Origin: Parcubacteria group bacterium
Lineage (GTDB): Bacteria; Patescibacteriota; Patescibacteriia; UBA11705; JABHMO01
Length of the DNA: 64,000 nt
Direction: 5' to 3'
NCBI GenBank assembly: GCA_043797615.1
Contig: JAZDPK010000030.1
Location: 9,067-73,066, forward strand
In this document: positions 51,630-61,489 of the stretch, piece after piece
Layout of the letters: every line of letters starts with the position of its first letter
Numbering within the stretch: the first letter of the stretch is position 1
Position numbers and translations under genes: made by a program
Notes under the pieces: model-generated
What the model saw: only the letters and a program-made list of their open reading frames with translations
What the model was told of the DNA's origin: nothing
Database searches by the model: none

Positions 51630-53174
51630 TTATATAATCAATGATTCATCGATCACTTTCGGCAATTTCTTTTCGCCGAATATTTCATAAATCGTAGGCG
51701 CGATGTTTCCCAATTTGCCTTTTCGCAATTTTGCGCCTTTCATCGCGTCGCTGACAAGCATAAAAGGCACCGGATTGGTCGTGTGCTCGGTCCATATTTC
51801 ATTCGTAGTCAAATCCAGCATTTTTTCCGCATTGCCGTGGTCGGCAGTGACTATTATATCACCCTTCTTCCTTAAAATTAAATTTACCAAACGGCCCAGG
51901 CAGACGTCAACATGCTCGATCGCTTTGATCACCGCCTTGATGTCGCCGGTGTGCCCCACCATGTCCGGATTGGCGAAATTCGCGACGTAAAAATCATATC
52001 CGTCTTTTTTAATGAATTTCCCCAACGCGCCGGTGATTTCGTAAACGCTCATTTCCGGCTTCATCGCGTAGCTTTTCACTTTAAGAGAAGGGATGCGCAA
52101 CCGATCTTCCCCGTTCACCGGATCGGCGAATCCGCCGTTCATGAAATACGTGACGTGCGCGTATTTTTCCGTTTCCGCGACGTAAAGCTGTTTTTTTTCC
52201 TTCAACAAAATCGGCAGAGTGTGTTTAACGTCCGAACTGGGAAAAGCGGTGGCGATGTCGTCCAGATCAGGGCCGAAATCGGTGAATGCGCAAAAAAACA
52301 AATTTTTCGCCACCTTGATCCGTTTAAACGCGCCCGGATTCAGCTTGTTGAATTCGTCTTGGACAAAACATTTAGTCAGCTGGCGGGCGCGGTCGGAACG
52401 CAGATTGAAAAAAATGATCGCGTCATCGTCCTTCACCCTGCTATCCTTGACCTGCTTTTTATCTTTGCAAACAATGGACGGCTCGATGTATTCGTCCGTA
52501 ATTTTTTGATTGTAAGCGTGCAAAATGGCGTCGCGGTAGTCGGGATAAACCAAGCCGCCTTCAATCGTCAGGCAATCATACGCTTTTTTCGCGCGATCCC
52601 AATTCTTGCCGCGGTCCATGGCGAAAAAGCGCCCGAGAATGCTGGCGATCGTCGCCTTGCCGTATATTTTTTTCAAAACGCAATCGATGATTTTCAGGGC
52701 GGAGAACTGCGGCGCATCGCGGCCGTCGGTGATCAAATGCAGATAGATTTTCGTCAATCCGGCGCCGTACGCCAAATCGACCAGCGCGTACAAATGGTCG
52801 AGCGACGAGTGCGGGCTTTCGCCGTCCGAAACCAAGCCGAGCAGATGCAAAGCGGAATTGTTTTTTTTCACATGATCGATCGCTTGCTTGAACGCGAGAT
52901 TTTTCTGAAAACGTCCGTCGGCGATTGCTTCGGAAATCAAAACCGCGTCCTGCTTTATCTCCCGGCCGGCGCCGATATTCATGTGGCCGGCTTCGGAATT
53001 GCCCACTTGATCTTTAGGTAAGCCGACGAACTGGCCGTGGGCGTGCAACAAAGTATGCGGGTATTTTTCCCATAGCCTGTCGAAATTCGGTTTTTTAGCG
53101 AGTTTAATCGCATTGCCCAAAGAGGCGGGAGCGATTCCCCAGCCGTCCAAAATCAATAATAATAAAGGTTTCAT
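51630..53174 (-). CDS. gpmI: 2,3-bisphosphoglycerate-independent phosphoglycerate mutase (divergent tandem paralog, copy B)
   Basis: Contains ILDGWG, GNSEAGHMNIGAGR and ADHGNAE. The start is taken at MKPLLLLILDGWG. Confidence 0.88.
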   Translation of the reverse strand: MKPLLLLILDGWGIAPASLGNAIKLAKKPNFDRLWEKYPHTLLHAHGQFVGLPKDQVGNSEAGHMNIGAGREIKQDAVLISEAIADGRFQKNLAFKQAIDHVKKNNSALHLLGLVSDGESPHSSLDHLYALVDLAYGAGLTKIYLHLITDGRDAPQFSALKIIDCVLKKIYGKATIASILGRFFAMDRGKNWDRAKKAYDCLTIEGGLVYPDYRDAILHAYNQKITDEYIEPSIVCKDKKQVKDSRVKDDDAIIFFNLRSDRARQLTKCFVQDEFNKLNPGAFKRIKVAKNLFFCAFTDFGPDLDDIATAFPSSDVKHTLPILLKEKKQLYVAETEKYAHVTYFMNGGFADPVNGEDRLRIPSLKVKSYAMKPEMSVYEITGALGKFIKKDGYDFYVANFANPDMVGHTGDIKAVIKAIEHVDVCLGRLVNLILRKKGDIIVTADHGNAEKMLDLTTNEIWTEHTTNPVPFMLVSDAMKGAKLRKGKLGNIAPTIYEIFGEKKLPKVIDESLII

Positions 53175-53192
53175 ATGAATATCATTTCTTTT

Positions 53193-53234
53193 CCCGTATG
53201 TACGGAGCAATAATTATTGTTCCGTACATACGGG
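53193..53234. promoter_or_regulatory. 42-bp near-perfect palindrome between eno and gpmI copy B
   Basis: CCCGTATGTACGGAGCAATAA|TTATTGTTCCGTACATACGGG. The arms match at 20 of 21 positions with no loop. Confidence 0.5.
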
Positions 53235-53246
53235 GCAATGAAGCGA

Positions 53247-54503
53247 TTATCCGCAAATCTCGTCTTCAATTTCCATTAGGCGATTATACTTCTCAACGCG
53301 TTCACCTCTTGAAATTCCGACTTTCACGAATTCCGAATTGGTCGCGGCCGCGAGATCGATCATGAAGGCGTCGTTCGTTTCTCCGCCGCCGCGGTGCGAA
53401 ACGATCGTCCAGAATCCGGCTTTGTGCGCCATTTCAATCGTTTTAACCGTTTCCGTCAGCGTGCCGATCTGATTCAATTTGATCAGAATGGCGTTGATCG
53501 CTTTCAGTTTGATCGCCATTTTCAGACGTTCCGGATTGGTCACGGTCAAATCGTCGCCGATTATCCGGACTTTGTCGCCAAGCTCTTTCATTAAAACCGG
53601 CCACCATTCCCAATCATCCTCGGCCAGCGGATCTTCGAGCGACAGCAACGGATATTTCCGCACCCACTTTTTGTAAAAATCGATCATTTCACGCGAAGTC
53701 AAAATCGTGCCGTTTTTCGGCAAATGATAACTTCCGCCTTTGAACAATTCGGAAGCGGCCGGATCAACGGCCAGCATGACATCTTTGCCAACGACATATC
53801 CGGCTTTCTTGATCGCGCGCAGAATCAATTTCCACGGCTCTTCGTTATTTTTCATTCCGGCCGGAGCGAACGCGCCTTCATTGCCCACGTTCGAACTGAT
53901 TTTTTCTTCCTGCAAAATTCTTTTCAAGGCGAGATAAACTTCCGCCCCGCAGCGCACGCATTCTTTAACATTCTTTCCGCTTACGGGCGCGATCAGATAT
54001 TCCTGCAAATCAGTCGAATCGAACGCGTGCTTGCCGCCTTCCACGCACACCATCATCGGCCGCGGCAGATTGAATTTTTTATATGGTAAGCGGTAAACTT
54101 TTCGAATGTACTCGTAAAGCGGTATTTTCTTCGCATTGGCCGAGGCGCGGGCGATGGCCAGCGAAACGCCAAGAATGGCGTTGCCGCCGAGCTTGCCCTT
54201 ATTTGAAGTGCCGTCGAGCTTAATCATTAGCGCGTCGATATTCTTCTGTCCGTATGGATTTTTGTTAATCAGAAGCGGCGCGATTTTTTTATTGACGTTG
54301 GCAACGGCTTTCAGCATGCCCAGGCCTTCAAAGCGCTTCTTGTCATTGTCAAAAATAACCCTGGCTTCATGGATGCCGGAAGACGCGCCGAACGGCACCG
54401 ACGCGACGCCGACCGTCCGGTTGCTTAAAACGACTTTAACTTCGATGGACGGCGTGGCGCCGGACGACAAAATTTCGCGGGCTTTAATCGATTTAATTTT
54501 CAT
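53247..54503 (-). CDS. eno: Enolase
   Basis: Starts MKIKSIKAREIL... and contains SHRGGGETND. It is of typical length. Confidence 0.92.
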   Translation of the reverse strand: MKIKSIKAREILSSGATPSIEVKVVLSNRTVGVASVPFGASSGIHEARVIFDNDKKRFEGLGMLKAVANVNKKIAPLLINKNPYGQKNIDALMIKLDGTSNKGKLGGNAILGVSLAIARASANAKKIPLYEYIRKVYRLPYKKFNLPRPMMVCVEGGKHAFDSTDLQEYLIAPVSGKNVKECVRCGAEVYLALKRILQEEKISSNVGNEGAFAPAGMKNNEEPWKLILRAIKKAGYVVGKDVMLAVDPAASELFKGGSYHLPKNGTILTSREMIDFYKKWVRKYPLLSLEDPLAEDDWEWWPVLMKELGDKVRIIGDDLTVTNPERLKMAIKLKAINAILIKLNQIGTLTETVKTIEMAHKAGFWTIVSHRGGGETNDAFMIDLAAATNSEFVKVGISRGERVEKYNRLMEIEDEICG

Positions 54504-54585
54504 AAGCAATAATCATGAATAAAATAATTTAATATTTCTTTATCATCTTGCCCTTTTCCGCCTTGTTTTGCCCTGTTTAACTTTT

Positions 54586-55425
54586 CTATAAAATTTCGTA
54601 AGTGATCGTCACATTCGCTTTGATTTCGTTTTCGCCGGATTGAATGCTCGGCGCCGGCGCGGATTCGCCACCTCCGCCCATGCCAAAATCGGCGGCGTAT
54701 GCGCTTTTATACATTACCGGCTGATAATTTGATTCAGAGAAAGAGACAATTTTGCTGAATTTCACACCGAGCTGCTTGGCCAAGGCCTGCGCTTTCGTTT
54801 TCGCGTCGTCAATCGCCTTTTGGCGCGCTTCCGCTTGCAACGCGACTTTGTCGTCGATTTCAAAATTCAAGCTGCCGATCTGATTCGCGCCCTTTTCTCC
54901 GGCTATTTTCAAAATGTCGCTGATTTTTTTCGTATCCCTGATTTTTACGTCGACCGATTGGCTGACCGTGTATCCAGTCAGGATATTTTTATTGTTCAAC
55001 CATTCGTATTTCGGATAAATGTTGTAATTGCTCGTTTTTATATCCTTTTCTTCGACGCCAAGCGTTTTGATGCTGGCGATAATATCGTTCATCTTGGTCG
55101 TATTTTCTTTCTGCGCTTCGGCCACGGTCGCTTTGTCGTTGCTGAATCCGACCGCCACGGTCGCGATGTTCGGCGCCGCGGTCACTTTGCCTTCGCCGCT
55201 GATCGAAATCGTATACGGAATCGACGACGCTTTGCCCACGTAATTGTATTCCTTCAGTGCGGTTCTGGTTTCCGCCGCCAAAAAAACGGACAAACACACT
55301 ACGACAATCGCGATAAAAACCGTGAAAACCACTGTATGCGGCATTGCGCAATGCGGATGCGGTTTCTTTTCAACGCGCTCGGGCATTACCGGATTCGGCG
55401 TTTGGATAAAATTTTGATTTTCCAT
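54586..55425 (-). CDS. SIMPL-domain (DUF541) protein with an N-terminal TM
   Basis: 279 aa. Contains ISISGEGKVTAAPNIATV... and a C-terminal ...NEIKANVTITYEI. Confidence 0.75.
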   Translation of the reverse strand: MENQNFIQTPNPVMPERVEKKPHPHCAMPHTVVFTVFIAIVVVCLSVFLAAETRTALKEYNYVGKASSIPYTISISGEGKVTAAPNIATVAVGFSNDKATVAEAQKENTTKMNDIIASIKTLGVEEKDIKTSNYNIYPKYEWLNNKNILTGYTVSQSVDVKIRDTKKISDILKIAGEKGANQIGSLNFEIDDKVALQAEARQKAIDDAKTKAQALAKQLGVKFSKIVSFSESNYQPVMYKSAYAADFGMGGGGESAPAPSIQSGENEIKANVTITYEIL

Positions 55426-55487
55426 AAATTTGATTCAATCATTAATTATTATATTAAAGTAAAATTATTTTCCAATGAACAATCCGG

Positions 55488-56672
55488 CTATTGCTTAATC
55501 GCCTGCAACCCGGGCAATTCCTTCCCTTCCAGAAATTCCAGCATCGCGCCGCCGCCGGTCGAGACGAAATCAAAATATTTTTCCGCCTTCGCCATATGAA
55601 TCGCATACAAAGTCTCTCCTCCGCCGGCAATGCCAAGCGCGCGACCCGACGCGACGGCGCCGATCGCTTTGGCGACGACGATGCTGCCGTGTCTGAACCT
55701 CTTGTCTTCGAGAAGCCCCATCGGCCCGCCCCAGATGATCGTTTTCGCCTGCCTGATCATATTTGAATATAGTTTCATCGTTGCCGGCCCGATATCGAAA
55801 ATCATTTCGCTCCTAACGCACAGCTTCTTGTTTTTTCCGACTTCAACGACTCGCGGCTTCCGGCGCATGTTCTTGTCGCAAACGACCAAATCGATCGGCA
55901 GGATTATTTTTTTTGATTTCAAAAGCGGCTTTATTTTTTCCGCTTCTTTTTCTTTCACCAGTGAGCCGCCGACTCCAAATCCTTTGGCAAAAAGAATCGT
56001 ATTGGCGCAGCCGCCGCCGAACAGCACTTGGTCGTAAATTTTCAGGAAGCGATCCACGACTTTCATTTTCGTTTTGATTTTCGCGCCGCCGATAATCGCG
56101 ATGGACGGCGATTTCGGCGCCAGAACTTTTGAAAGGTATTCGACTTCGGCGGACACGTTCAATCCGGCAAAGCACGGGATAAACCGGCTGATCGCCACCA
56201 TCGACGCGCAGGCGCGGTGGCTGACGGCAAACGCTTCATTCACGTAAACGCGGGCCAACTTGGCAAGAATAGCGGCAAACACCGGGCTATTTTTTCCTTC
56301 GCGCTTGTCAAAGCGGATGTTTTCCAGAAATACAATATCATCATTCGTAAAATCCTGTCTGACTTTCGCCACCAGCTTAACATTTATTTTATCTTTTATA
56401 AAACGGATGCTCGCGCCCGGCAAATGCCGGCGCAGTTCGGCGCAAACCGGGGCAAGCGACAGCGCGCTGACCGTTTTGCCGCCCGGACGACCCAGATGCG
56501 AAACTAAAATTATCTGGCATCTGTTTTTCAGCAGATATTTTATCGTTGGTAGCGTCCGGATTATCTTGTAATCGTCGGCGACCTTTCCGCTTTTGATCGG
56601 AACGTTGAAATCAACGCGCAAAAGCACGCGCTTGTACTCCAATACGACGTCTTCGATGGATTTAAATTTCAT
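55488..56672 (-). CDS. pgk: Phosphoglycerate kinase
   Basis: 394 aa. Contains RVDFNVP, SHLGRPGG and STGGGA. Confidence 0.93.
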   Translation of the reverse strand: MKFKSIEDVVLEYKRVLLRVDFNVPIKSGKVADDYKIIRTLPTIKYLLKNRCQIILVSHLGRPGGKTVSALSLAPVCAELRRHLPGASIRFIKDKINVKLVAKVRQDFTNDDIVFLENIRFDKREGKNSPVFAAILAKLARVYVNEAFAVSHRACASMVAISRFIPCFAGLNVSAEVEYLSKVLAPKSPSIAIIGGAKIKTKMKVVDRFLKIYDQVLFGGGCANTILFAKGFGVGGSLVKEKEAEKIKPLLKSKKIILPIDLVVCDKNMRRKPRVVEVGKNKKLCVRSEMIFDIGPATMKLYSNMIRQAKTIIWGGPMGLLEDKRFRHGSIVVAKAIGAVASGRALGIAGGGETLYAIHMAKAEKYFDFVSTGGGAMLEFLEGKELPGLQAIKQ

Positions 56673-56778
56673 ATTGTTTTAGAGCCTGTCTGTAAAATTC
56701 GTATTTGGCTAAAAATTTTATAATTTTTGCTGCAAATTATAAATTTTATAGCTCAAAAGAAACTTTTCAGACAGCCTC

Positions 56779-57033
56779 TTATTCACCGGAAATTGAAATC
56801 AACTTCCAAGCATTCCCTTTTATTTTGTTAATTTTCAATTCAGCGTTTTCCGCCAACGTTCCTTTTAGCAATAAATTCAAATTGAATTCCAAATTTTCTT
56901 TCGTGATATCCGAACCATGCTCGCTAATCACCCCCAACTCAATAATCGCGCGTTTAACCAAACGCAATTTGTTTTTTTGCGCTTCCTCTATAATTAATTT
57001 TTGGATTTTGTTGGCTAAGTGCAAATCGTGCAT
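56779..57033 (-). CDS. hypA: HypA-like hydrogenase nickel-insertion protein lacking the zinc-ribbon insert
   Basis: 84 aa. The N-terminus starts MHD (MHE-like) and the sequence contains ...GTLAENAELKI..., following the HypA layout. No CxxC...CxxC is present. Confidence 0.5.
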   Translation of the reverse strand: MHDLHLANKIQKLIIEEAQKNKLRLVKRAIIELGVISEHGSDITKENLEFNLNLLLKGTLAENAELKINKIKGNAWKLISISGE

Positions 57034-57042
57034 ATGATTGTT

Positions 57043-57489
57043 TTATAATTTCGCCATTCTTTCAATTCCGATTGATTTTAAATATAAAATCGTCGAATCG
57101 GACAAATACGGCAAACGTTTAACCGCTTCGATTTCCAGAAATTCCTGTTTGCGGTGCTTTTGCGGCTCGTTGTTTTTCAATCCGCCGGAATATTTTTTTA
57201 TCAGGAATAAATGCAGCAAAACATTAACCATTTTCCCGTCGCGCTCGTAAACGCGGTCGTCATGAGCGATTTCTTCGCAATCTTCGACAACGATATTGCA
57301 TTCTTCATTGACTTCTTGCTTTAAACCATCTTCAACCGATTGTCCTTGTTTGACTTTACCCACAGGGATCGTCCAAAATCCATATTTCACGTGCTTCTGC
57401 ATCAAAATTTCGCCTTGATCGTTTTTAATAACGGCGGCAATGGCATCGTGATCAATTAAATCATTAGTAGTGTATTTGATAGTATTCAT
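57043..57489 (-). CDS. NUDIX hydrolase
   Basis: Nudix box GKVKQGQSVEDGLKQEVNEECNI. Confidence 0.8.
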   Translation of the reverse strand: MNTIKYTTNDLIDHDAIAAVIKNDQGEILMQKHVKYGFWTIPVGKVKQGQSVEDGLKQEVNEECNIVVEDCEEIAHDDRVYERDGKMVNVLLHLFLIKKYSGGLKNNEPQKHRKQEFLEIEAVKRLPYLSDSTILYLKSIGIERMAKL

Positions 57490-57492
57490 AAA

Positions 57493-58770
57493 TTAATGCG
57501 TGGCACAGCTGATACACGGGTCATATGCCCTAATTAGTGTTTTAATCAACAGATCGCGTTTTTTATCAGTCGTGTTTTTTTCTTTCAACAGCAACGCCTG
57601 CAAATCTTTTTCCAAATTCGCCAGAAACATCGCCGTCGGCGTAATGATATTGCAATGTAAAATATTTCCTTCGCGGTCAAGCTCGTATTCGTGGTATAAA
57701 ATGCCCCGCGGCGCTTCCATCACGGCGAAGCCGCGACCCGGATTCGGCTTGTACGAAACTTTAAGCTTTTTGCGGAAATCTTTTTTCTTTCTTAAGTTTT
57801 CATATTTCGCAAAAAGCTTATTGATTTCCTCAATGCTGTGGATTATTTCAACCGCTTGGGCGAAAATATTATAGAAAGAATTATAACAAGGCAAATTGAC
57901 TTTCAGCTTTTTCCAGGAAGCCTGCGCCCGCTGATTCAATTTGTCAAAATTATTGTTCACGCGCGCCAAAGCGCCGACCAGGAACGCCCGTTCCAAATGC
58001 GAAACGCGCTTCACTTTTTCGTAAGGCAGGATTATTTCTTCCACGTCGTACAAGAATTTTTCCGGCGAAACGATCTGGCCGCCGTCGGAAAAATAAATTT
58101 TGCCGTCGTAAATCGCATATTCGCTTTTGCCGTTCAATGTGACGTAATTCGTCGGCCGCTCTAACTTCGGCAATTTTTGTTTGATGATGAAATTGAACAT
58201 TTTCTCCGCTTTGGACAAAACTTCTCCGCTTGCGGAAATTAATTTATTCAATTCGTCGAAATCCGGCTCAATATTGAAGCCGCCAATTACGCTATTAATC
58301 GGATGAATCGTTCGTCCGCCGATGACTTTTGCCAAGCGCACGCCGTAATCGCGCACGTCCAGCGCCAATTTCGATTCGTTCGGATATTTCGCGACCAAAT
58401 CAAAATCATTGCTGATGCCGATTAAATCCGGAAAAGACAAAAAGAAAGCGTGCAAGGCGTGGCTGTGAATCCATTGCGCGTTTATCAAAATTTTTCGCAG
58501 CGTTAAAATTTCCTGCGTTACTTCAATATTCAGCGCCTGCTCCAGCGCTTTGATCGCCGTTAAATTATGGACGATCGGACACACGCCGCAAATGCGCGCC
58601 GTTATTATCGGCGCCTCGTAATATTTACGATTCAAAAGAATGCCTTCAATCAGGCGGCTGCCTTCCTCCGTTTCAATCCTGGCTTCGGCGAAATCGCCGT
58701 TCACCAGCGCGCCGGCAAAGCTCATGTGGCCTTCGGTTTTGCCTATATGGTCTATTTTTATTGTTTTCAT
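57493..58770 (-). CDS. [NiFe] hydrogenase large (alpha) subunit, group-3b-like
   Basis: The N-terminal motif is RICGVCPIVH. The protein ends exactly at DPCISCATH. Confidence 0.88.
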   Translation of the reverse strand: MKTIKIDHIGKTEGHMSFAGALVNGDFAEARIETEEGSRLIEGILLNRKYYEAPIITARICGVCPIVHNLTAIKALEQALNIEVTQEILTLRKILINAQWIHSHALHAFFLSFPDLIGISNDFDLVAKYPNESKLALDVRDYGVRLAKVIGGRTIHPINSVIGGFNIEPDFDELNKLISASGEVLSKAEKMFNFIIKQKLPKLERPTNYVTLNGKSEYAIYDGKIYFSDGGQIVSPEKFLYDVEEIILPYEKVKRVSHLERAFLVGALARVNNNFDKLNQRAQASWKKLKVNLPCYNSFYNIFAQAVEIIHSIEEINKLFAKYENLRKKKDFRKKLKVSYKPNPGRGFAVMEAPRGILYHEYELDREGNILHCNIITPTAMFLANLEKDLQALLLKEKNTTDKKRDLLIKTLIRAYDPCISCATH

Positions 58771-58804
58771 AATACAAGAAGGGAAAGAGGGCTAAAGAAG
58801 ATAA

Positions 58805-59194
58805 TTAAGATTGTTTTCTCATGATACTGTTCTCCAGACCTTGTCGCGTTCTATCGATTAAATACATTGTTTTCAAAATTCGATCTTCGAATAAGTTATA
58901 GATATTTTCACCAATGTATTTCATTTGACGAACCCTTTTTATTCTTTCGTAAAGTTCAGCTCCCGACCGCCTGCTATAAGTTAAAAATCGTAAATATTCG
59001 TTAATGTAACCTGAATAATAACCTTCAACAAAATTTGACGCGATTGAATCATTGGCGTTGATAATCTGGCTGCGCATTTTATATTCTGTTTTTGGGATAC
59101 ACATCAAAATATCTTGAACAATTTTACTTAATTCACAAATGCTTTGGTAAACAATCATTTTTTCATGTTCGCCTTTGTGTTTTATATCAATCAT
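58805..59194 (-). CDS. Four-helix-bundle protein (23S rRNA intervening-sequence / Avd-like family)
   Basis: 129 aa. The segment ...INANDSIASNFVEGY...EYLRFLTYSRRSGAEL... matches the remembered TIGR02436-type pattern. Confidence 0.65.
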   Translation of the reverse strand: MIDIKHKGEHEKMIVYQSICELSKIVQDILMCIPKTEYKMRSQIINANDSIASNFVEGYYSGYINEYLRFLTYSRRSGAELYERIKRVRQMKYIGENIYNLFEDRILKTMYLIDRTRQGLENSIMRKQS

Positions 59195-59242
59195 AATATT
59201 AATTAAACTTGCATATCTTCTTTAGCCTTCTTGGCCTTCTAT

Positions 59243-59989
59243 TTATTCAAGCAGTTCTTTTACCCCGAATACCTCAAACACTTTTATAATTTCCTTGTCC
59301 GAATATTTTTCTCGAAGTTTTTTAATCAAATTACTGACTTCCGCGTCTTCAACCAGTCCCCGGCATCCCCAGCATCCCTGCTTTGATTGCAGGCAAACCG
59401 CCTTGCATCCGCCTTGCGTAATCGGGCCGAGGCAAATTTCATTCTTTTGCAGCAAACATTCGTTCTTGGCAATCTGGCATTCGTCGCAAACCGGATTTTG
59501 CGCGATAGTCGGATTTTTGCCGATGATAATTTGATAAAAAAAATGCAAAAATTCTTTGGCCGTGATCGGGCAGCCGGGCAGATAAAAATCAACGGAAACG
59601 ATTTTATTTATCGGTAGAACATTGAAATTTTCAATTCCTTTTTCCTCGCGGTAAATCTGATTGAATATTTTTTCCTTGTCTTGATAGTTTTTCATGTGGT
59701 AAACGCCGCCCAGGCACGCGCAGCTGCCCAGGGCAATCAGCACTTTCGAATTCTTGCGGATTAATTTTAAATTTTTAATGTTTTGATTGGTCAGTGGACT
59801 GCCTTCGACCAGCGCGATGTCGTATCCTTCCGCCAAATCGTGCGTGCCGTCTTCGAAAAGGCGGAACGCGGCGATTTCGATCTTATCGCTCAATTCCAAA
59901 AATTTTTCGCGCAAATCCAAAATCGCGAAGCAGCATCCTTCGCAGCTGGTCAGTGAAAAAATTCCGATTTTCAGTTTTTCTTCTTTCAT
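59243..59989 (-). CDS. [NiFe] hydrogenase small (delta) subunit
   Basis: Contains IGIFSLTSCEGC..., GSCACLGG and distal Cys clusters. Confidence 0.85.
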   Translation of the reverse strand: MKEEKLKIGIFSLTSCEGCCFAILDLREKFLELSDKIEIAAFRLFEDGTHDLAEGYDIALVEGSPLTNQNIKNLKLIRKNSKVLIALGSCACLGGVYHMKNYQDKEKIFNQIYREEKGIENFNVLPINKIVSVDFYLPGCPITAKEFLHFFYQIIIGKNPTIAQNPVCDECQIAKNECLLQKNEICLGPITQGGCKAVCLQSKQGCWGCRGLVEDAEVSNLIKKLREKYSDKEIIKVFEVFGVKELLE

Positions 59990-60050
59990 ATTCTAAATCG
60001 CTAATCGCACGAATTAAAACGAATTGCACTAATTTTTCCAGACAAAATAT

Positions 60051-60548
60051 CTAAATTGATTCGTGTCTTATTCGCGCCAATTCGCTTTTATTCGTGATTA
60101 TATTTTTCAATTCTTCCGGCTTGGCCGTGGAAATGAAATACGAACGCGGATCATTTTTGAATTTTATTTTCAATCCGCTTCCGGCGCGCGGCACGTAGCC
60201 CACGGCGCCGTCCGATCCCATTCTGATGCCATAACCCCAGTAATTTCCGAATTTGTATTTTCCGATTTCAACGCTTTGAACATTGACAAGATAGAAGCTC
60301 TTTTTGAATTTTCCGAATCCGAAATTGATTTTTTCTTCGGTAACGGTTATTTCCAATTTATTGAACGAAAATAGCGCGATCGCGTTCATGATCAGCAAAA
60401 TCCAAAGCGCGATTTCCGCGACATGATTCAGATGAACCGGCTTGGCAGTGAATCGCGACCCGGCGATCAAAATGAAAATTATCAGCGACGCGCCGAGGAA
60501 AATTTTTAGAAATAAATAAGTATGGATCTTTTCTTGATAAATAATCAT
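60051..60548 (-). CDS. Hypothetical 2-TM membrane protein inside the hydrogenase operon
   Basis: 165 aa with two TM segments followed by a beta-rich soluble domain. Confidence 0.55.
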   Translation of the reverse strand: MIIYQEKIHTYLFLKIFLGASLIIFILIAGSRFTAKPVHLNHVAEIALWILLIMNAIALFSFNKLEITVTEEKINFGFGKFKKSFYLVNVQSVEIGKYKFGNYWGYGIRMGSDGAVGYVPRAGSGLKIKFKNDPRSYFISTAKPEELKNIITNKSELARIRHESI

Positions 60549-60571
60549 AATGGTTCCGCATTATTTGGCGC

Positions 60572-60626
60572 CTGCCTGCCGGCCGTGCTCCGCCATAGCG
60601 GCTACGCGACGGCGAGTAGGCAGGTT
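60572..60626. repeat. Structured GC-rich REP-like element, copy 2
   Basis: Identical to 8125-8179 at 53 of 55 positions. It starts at the stop codon of the gamma-subunit gene. Confidence 0.8.
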
Positions 60627-61413
60627 AGGTTTCGCATAGTTTCGCGTAGTTAAACACAGGACCGTCTTTGCAAACATATTTCGTTTTACACGCGCAATGC
60701 TGGCACACGCCCACGCCGCAATGCATCCGATTTTCCAACGAAACGTAAATATCTTCGGGCTTAACGCCTTTGGCGATCAGTTCTTTAACGACGTTTTTAT
60801 ACATCGCTTCCGGTCCGCACATGAAAATTTTGGCATCAGGCAATAATTTTTTATTTTTAATCAGATTCGTCACGAAGCCGGTTTGATCCGAATAACCCGG
60901 CAATTTATCTTTTTCCAATATGACGTTAAAGTCGCAATTTTCACAAATAGAATCGAATTCATCGTGAAAAACGATTTGGCTCGCGTCGCGGCAGCCGTGG
61001 AAAATCTGGATTTTCACGTTTTTTTTGTTTTTATTTTCCAAATAAACGGAACGGAGCGGCGCCAATCCGCACCCGCCGCTGATCAAAACCAGATTGCCCG
61101 TAACTTCCGGAAATCCGTTGCCGAAAGGTCCGCGGACAAACGTCGTATCCCCTCTTTGCAATTTATTCAATCGGCGCGTCAGATCACCGGCGCCGCGAAT
61201 GGTCAAGGAAAAATGTCTTCCAGCGTCTTTCGGATTTGAAGAAATGCTGATCGGGCATTCGCCGAAGCCGGGTAAGCTGATCTGCATGAATTGGCCGGCG
61301 AGAAATCCAAAGTTTTTCTGATTTTCCATTTTAAAAAATAAAGTAACGGCGGTCGGGCTTTCCTTTATCGCCTTGATCACTTTTGCCGGTTCAAGCAAAT
61401 ATGAATTTTTCAT
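60625..61413 (-). CDS. Hydrogenase gamma subunit (FAD/NAD(P)-binding, 2Fe-2S)
   Basis: 262 aa with an FNR-like fold and a C-terminal CGVGVCQHCAC. Confidence 0.85.
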   Translation of the reverse strand: MKNSYLLEPAKVIKAIKESPTAVTLFFKMENQKNFGFLAGQFMQISLPGFGECPISISSNPKDAGRHFSLTIRGAGDLTRRLNKLQRGDTTFVRGPFGNGFPEVTGNLVLISGGCGLAPLRSVYLENKNKKNVKIQIFHGCRDASQIVFHDEFDSICENCDFNVILEKDKLPGYSDQTGFVTNLIKNKKLLPDAKIFMCGPEAMYKNVVKELIAKGVKPEDIYVSLENRMHCGVGVCQHCACKTKYVCKDGPVFNYAKLCET

Positions 61414-61489
61414 GATATAACTTTACTTAATAAAATTTTCAGGATAATAAATTTCCCTCTACCCGGCTTTAGCCGGGGAACATAAAGCT

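Noticed and set aside
51912-53021. Long antisense ORFs opposite gpmI (369 aa), SIMPL/pgk (54820..55599), mreB (27263..27991), the helicase (33318..34031) and gpmI-A (50456..51145)
   Set aside because: Each lies entirely inside a confidently identified gene on the other strand and has low-complexity, Arg/Phe-rich translations.
58805-59194. Diversity-generating retroelement suggested by the Avd-like four-helix-bundle gene
   Set aside because: No reverse transcriptase and no template/variable repeat pair is visible anywhere in the window.
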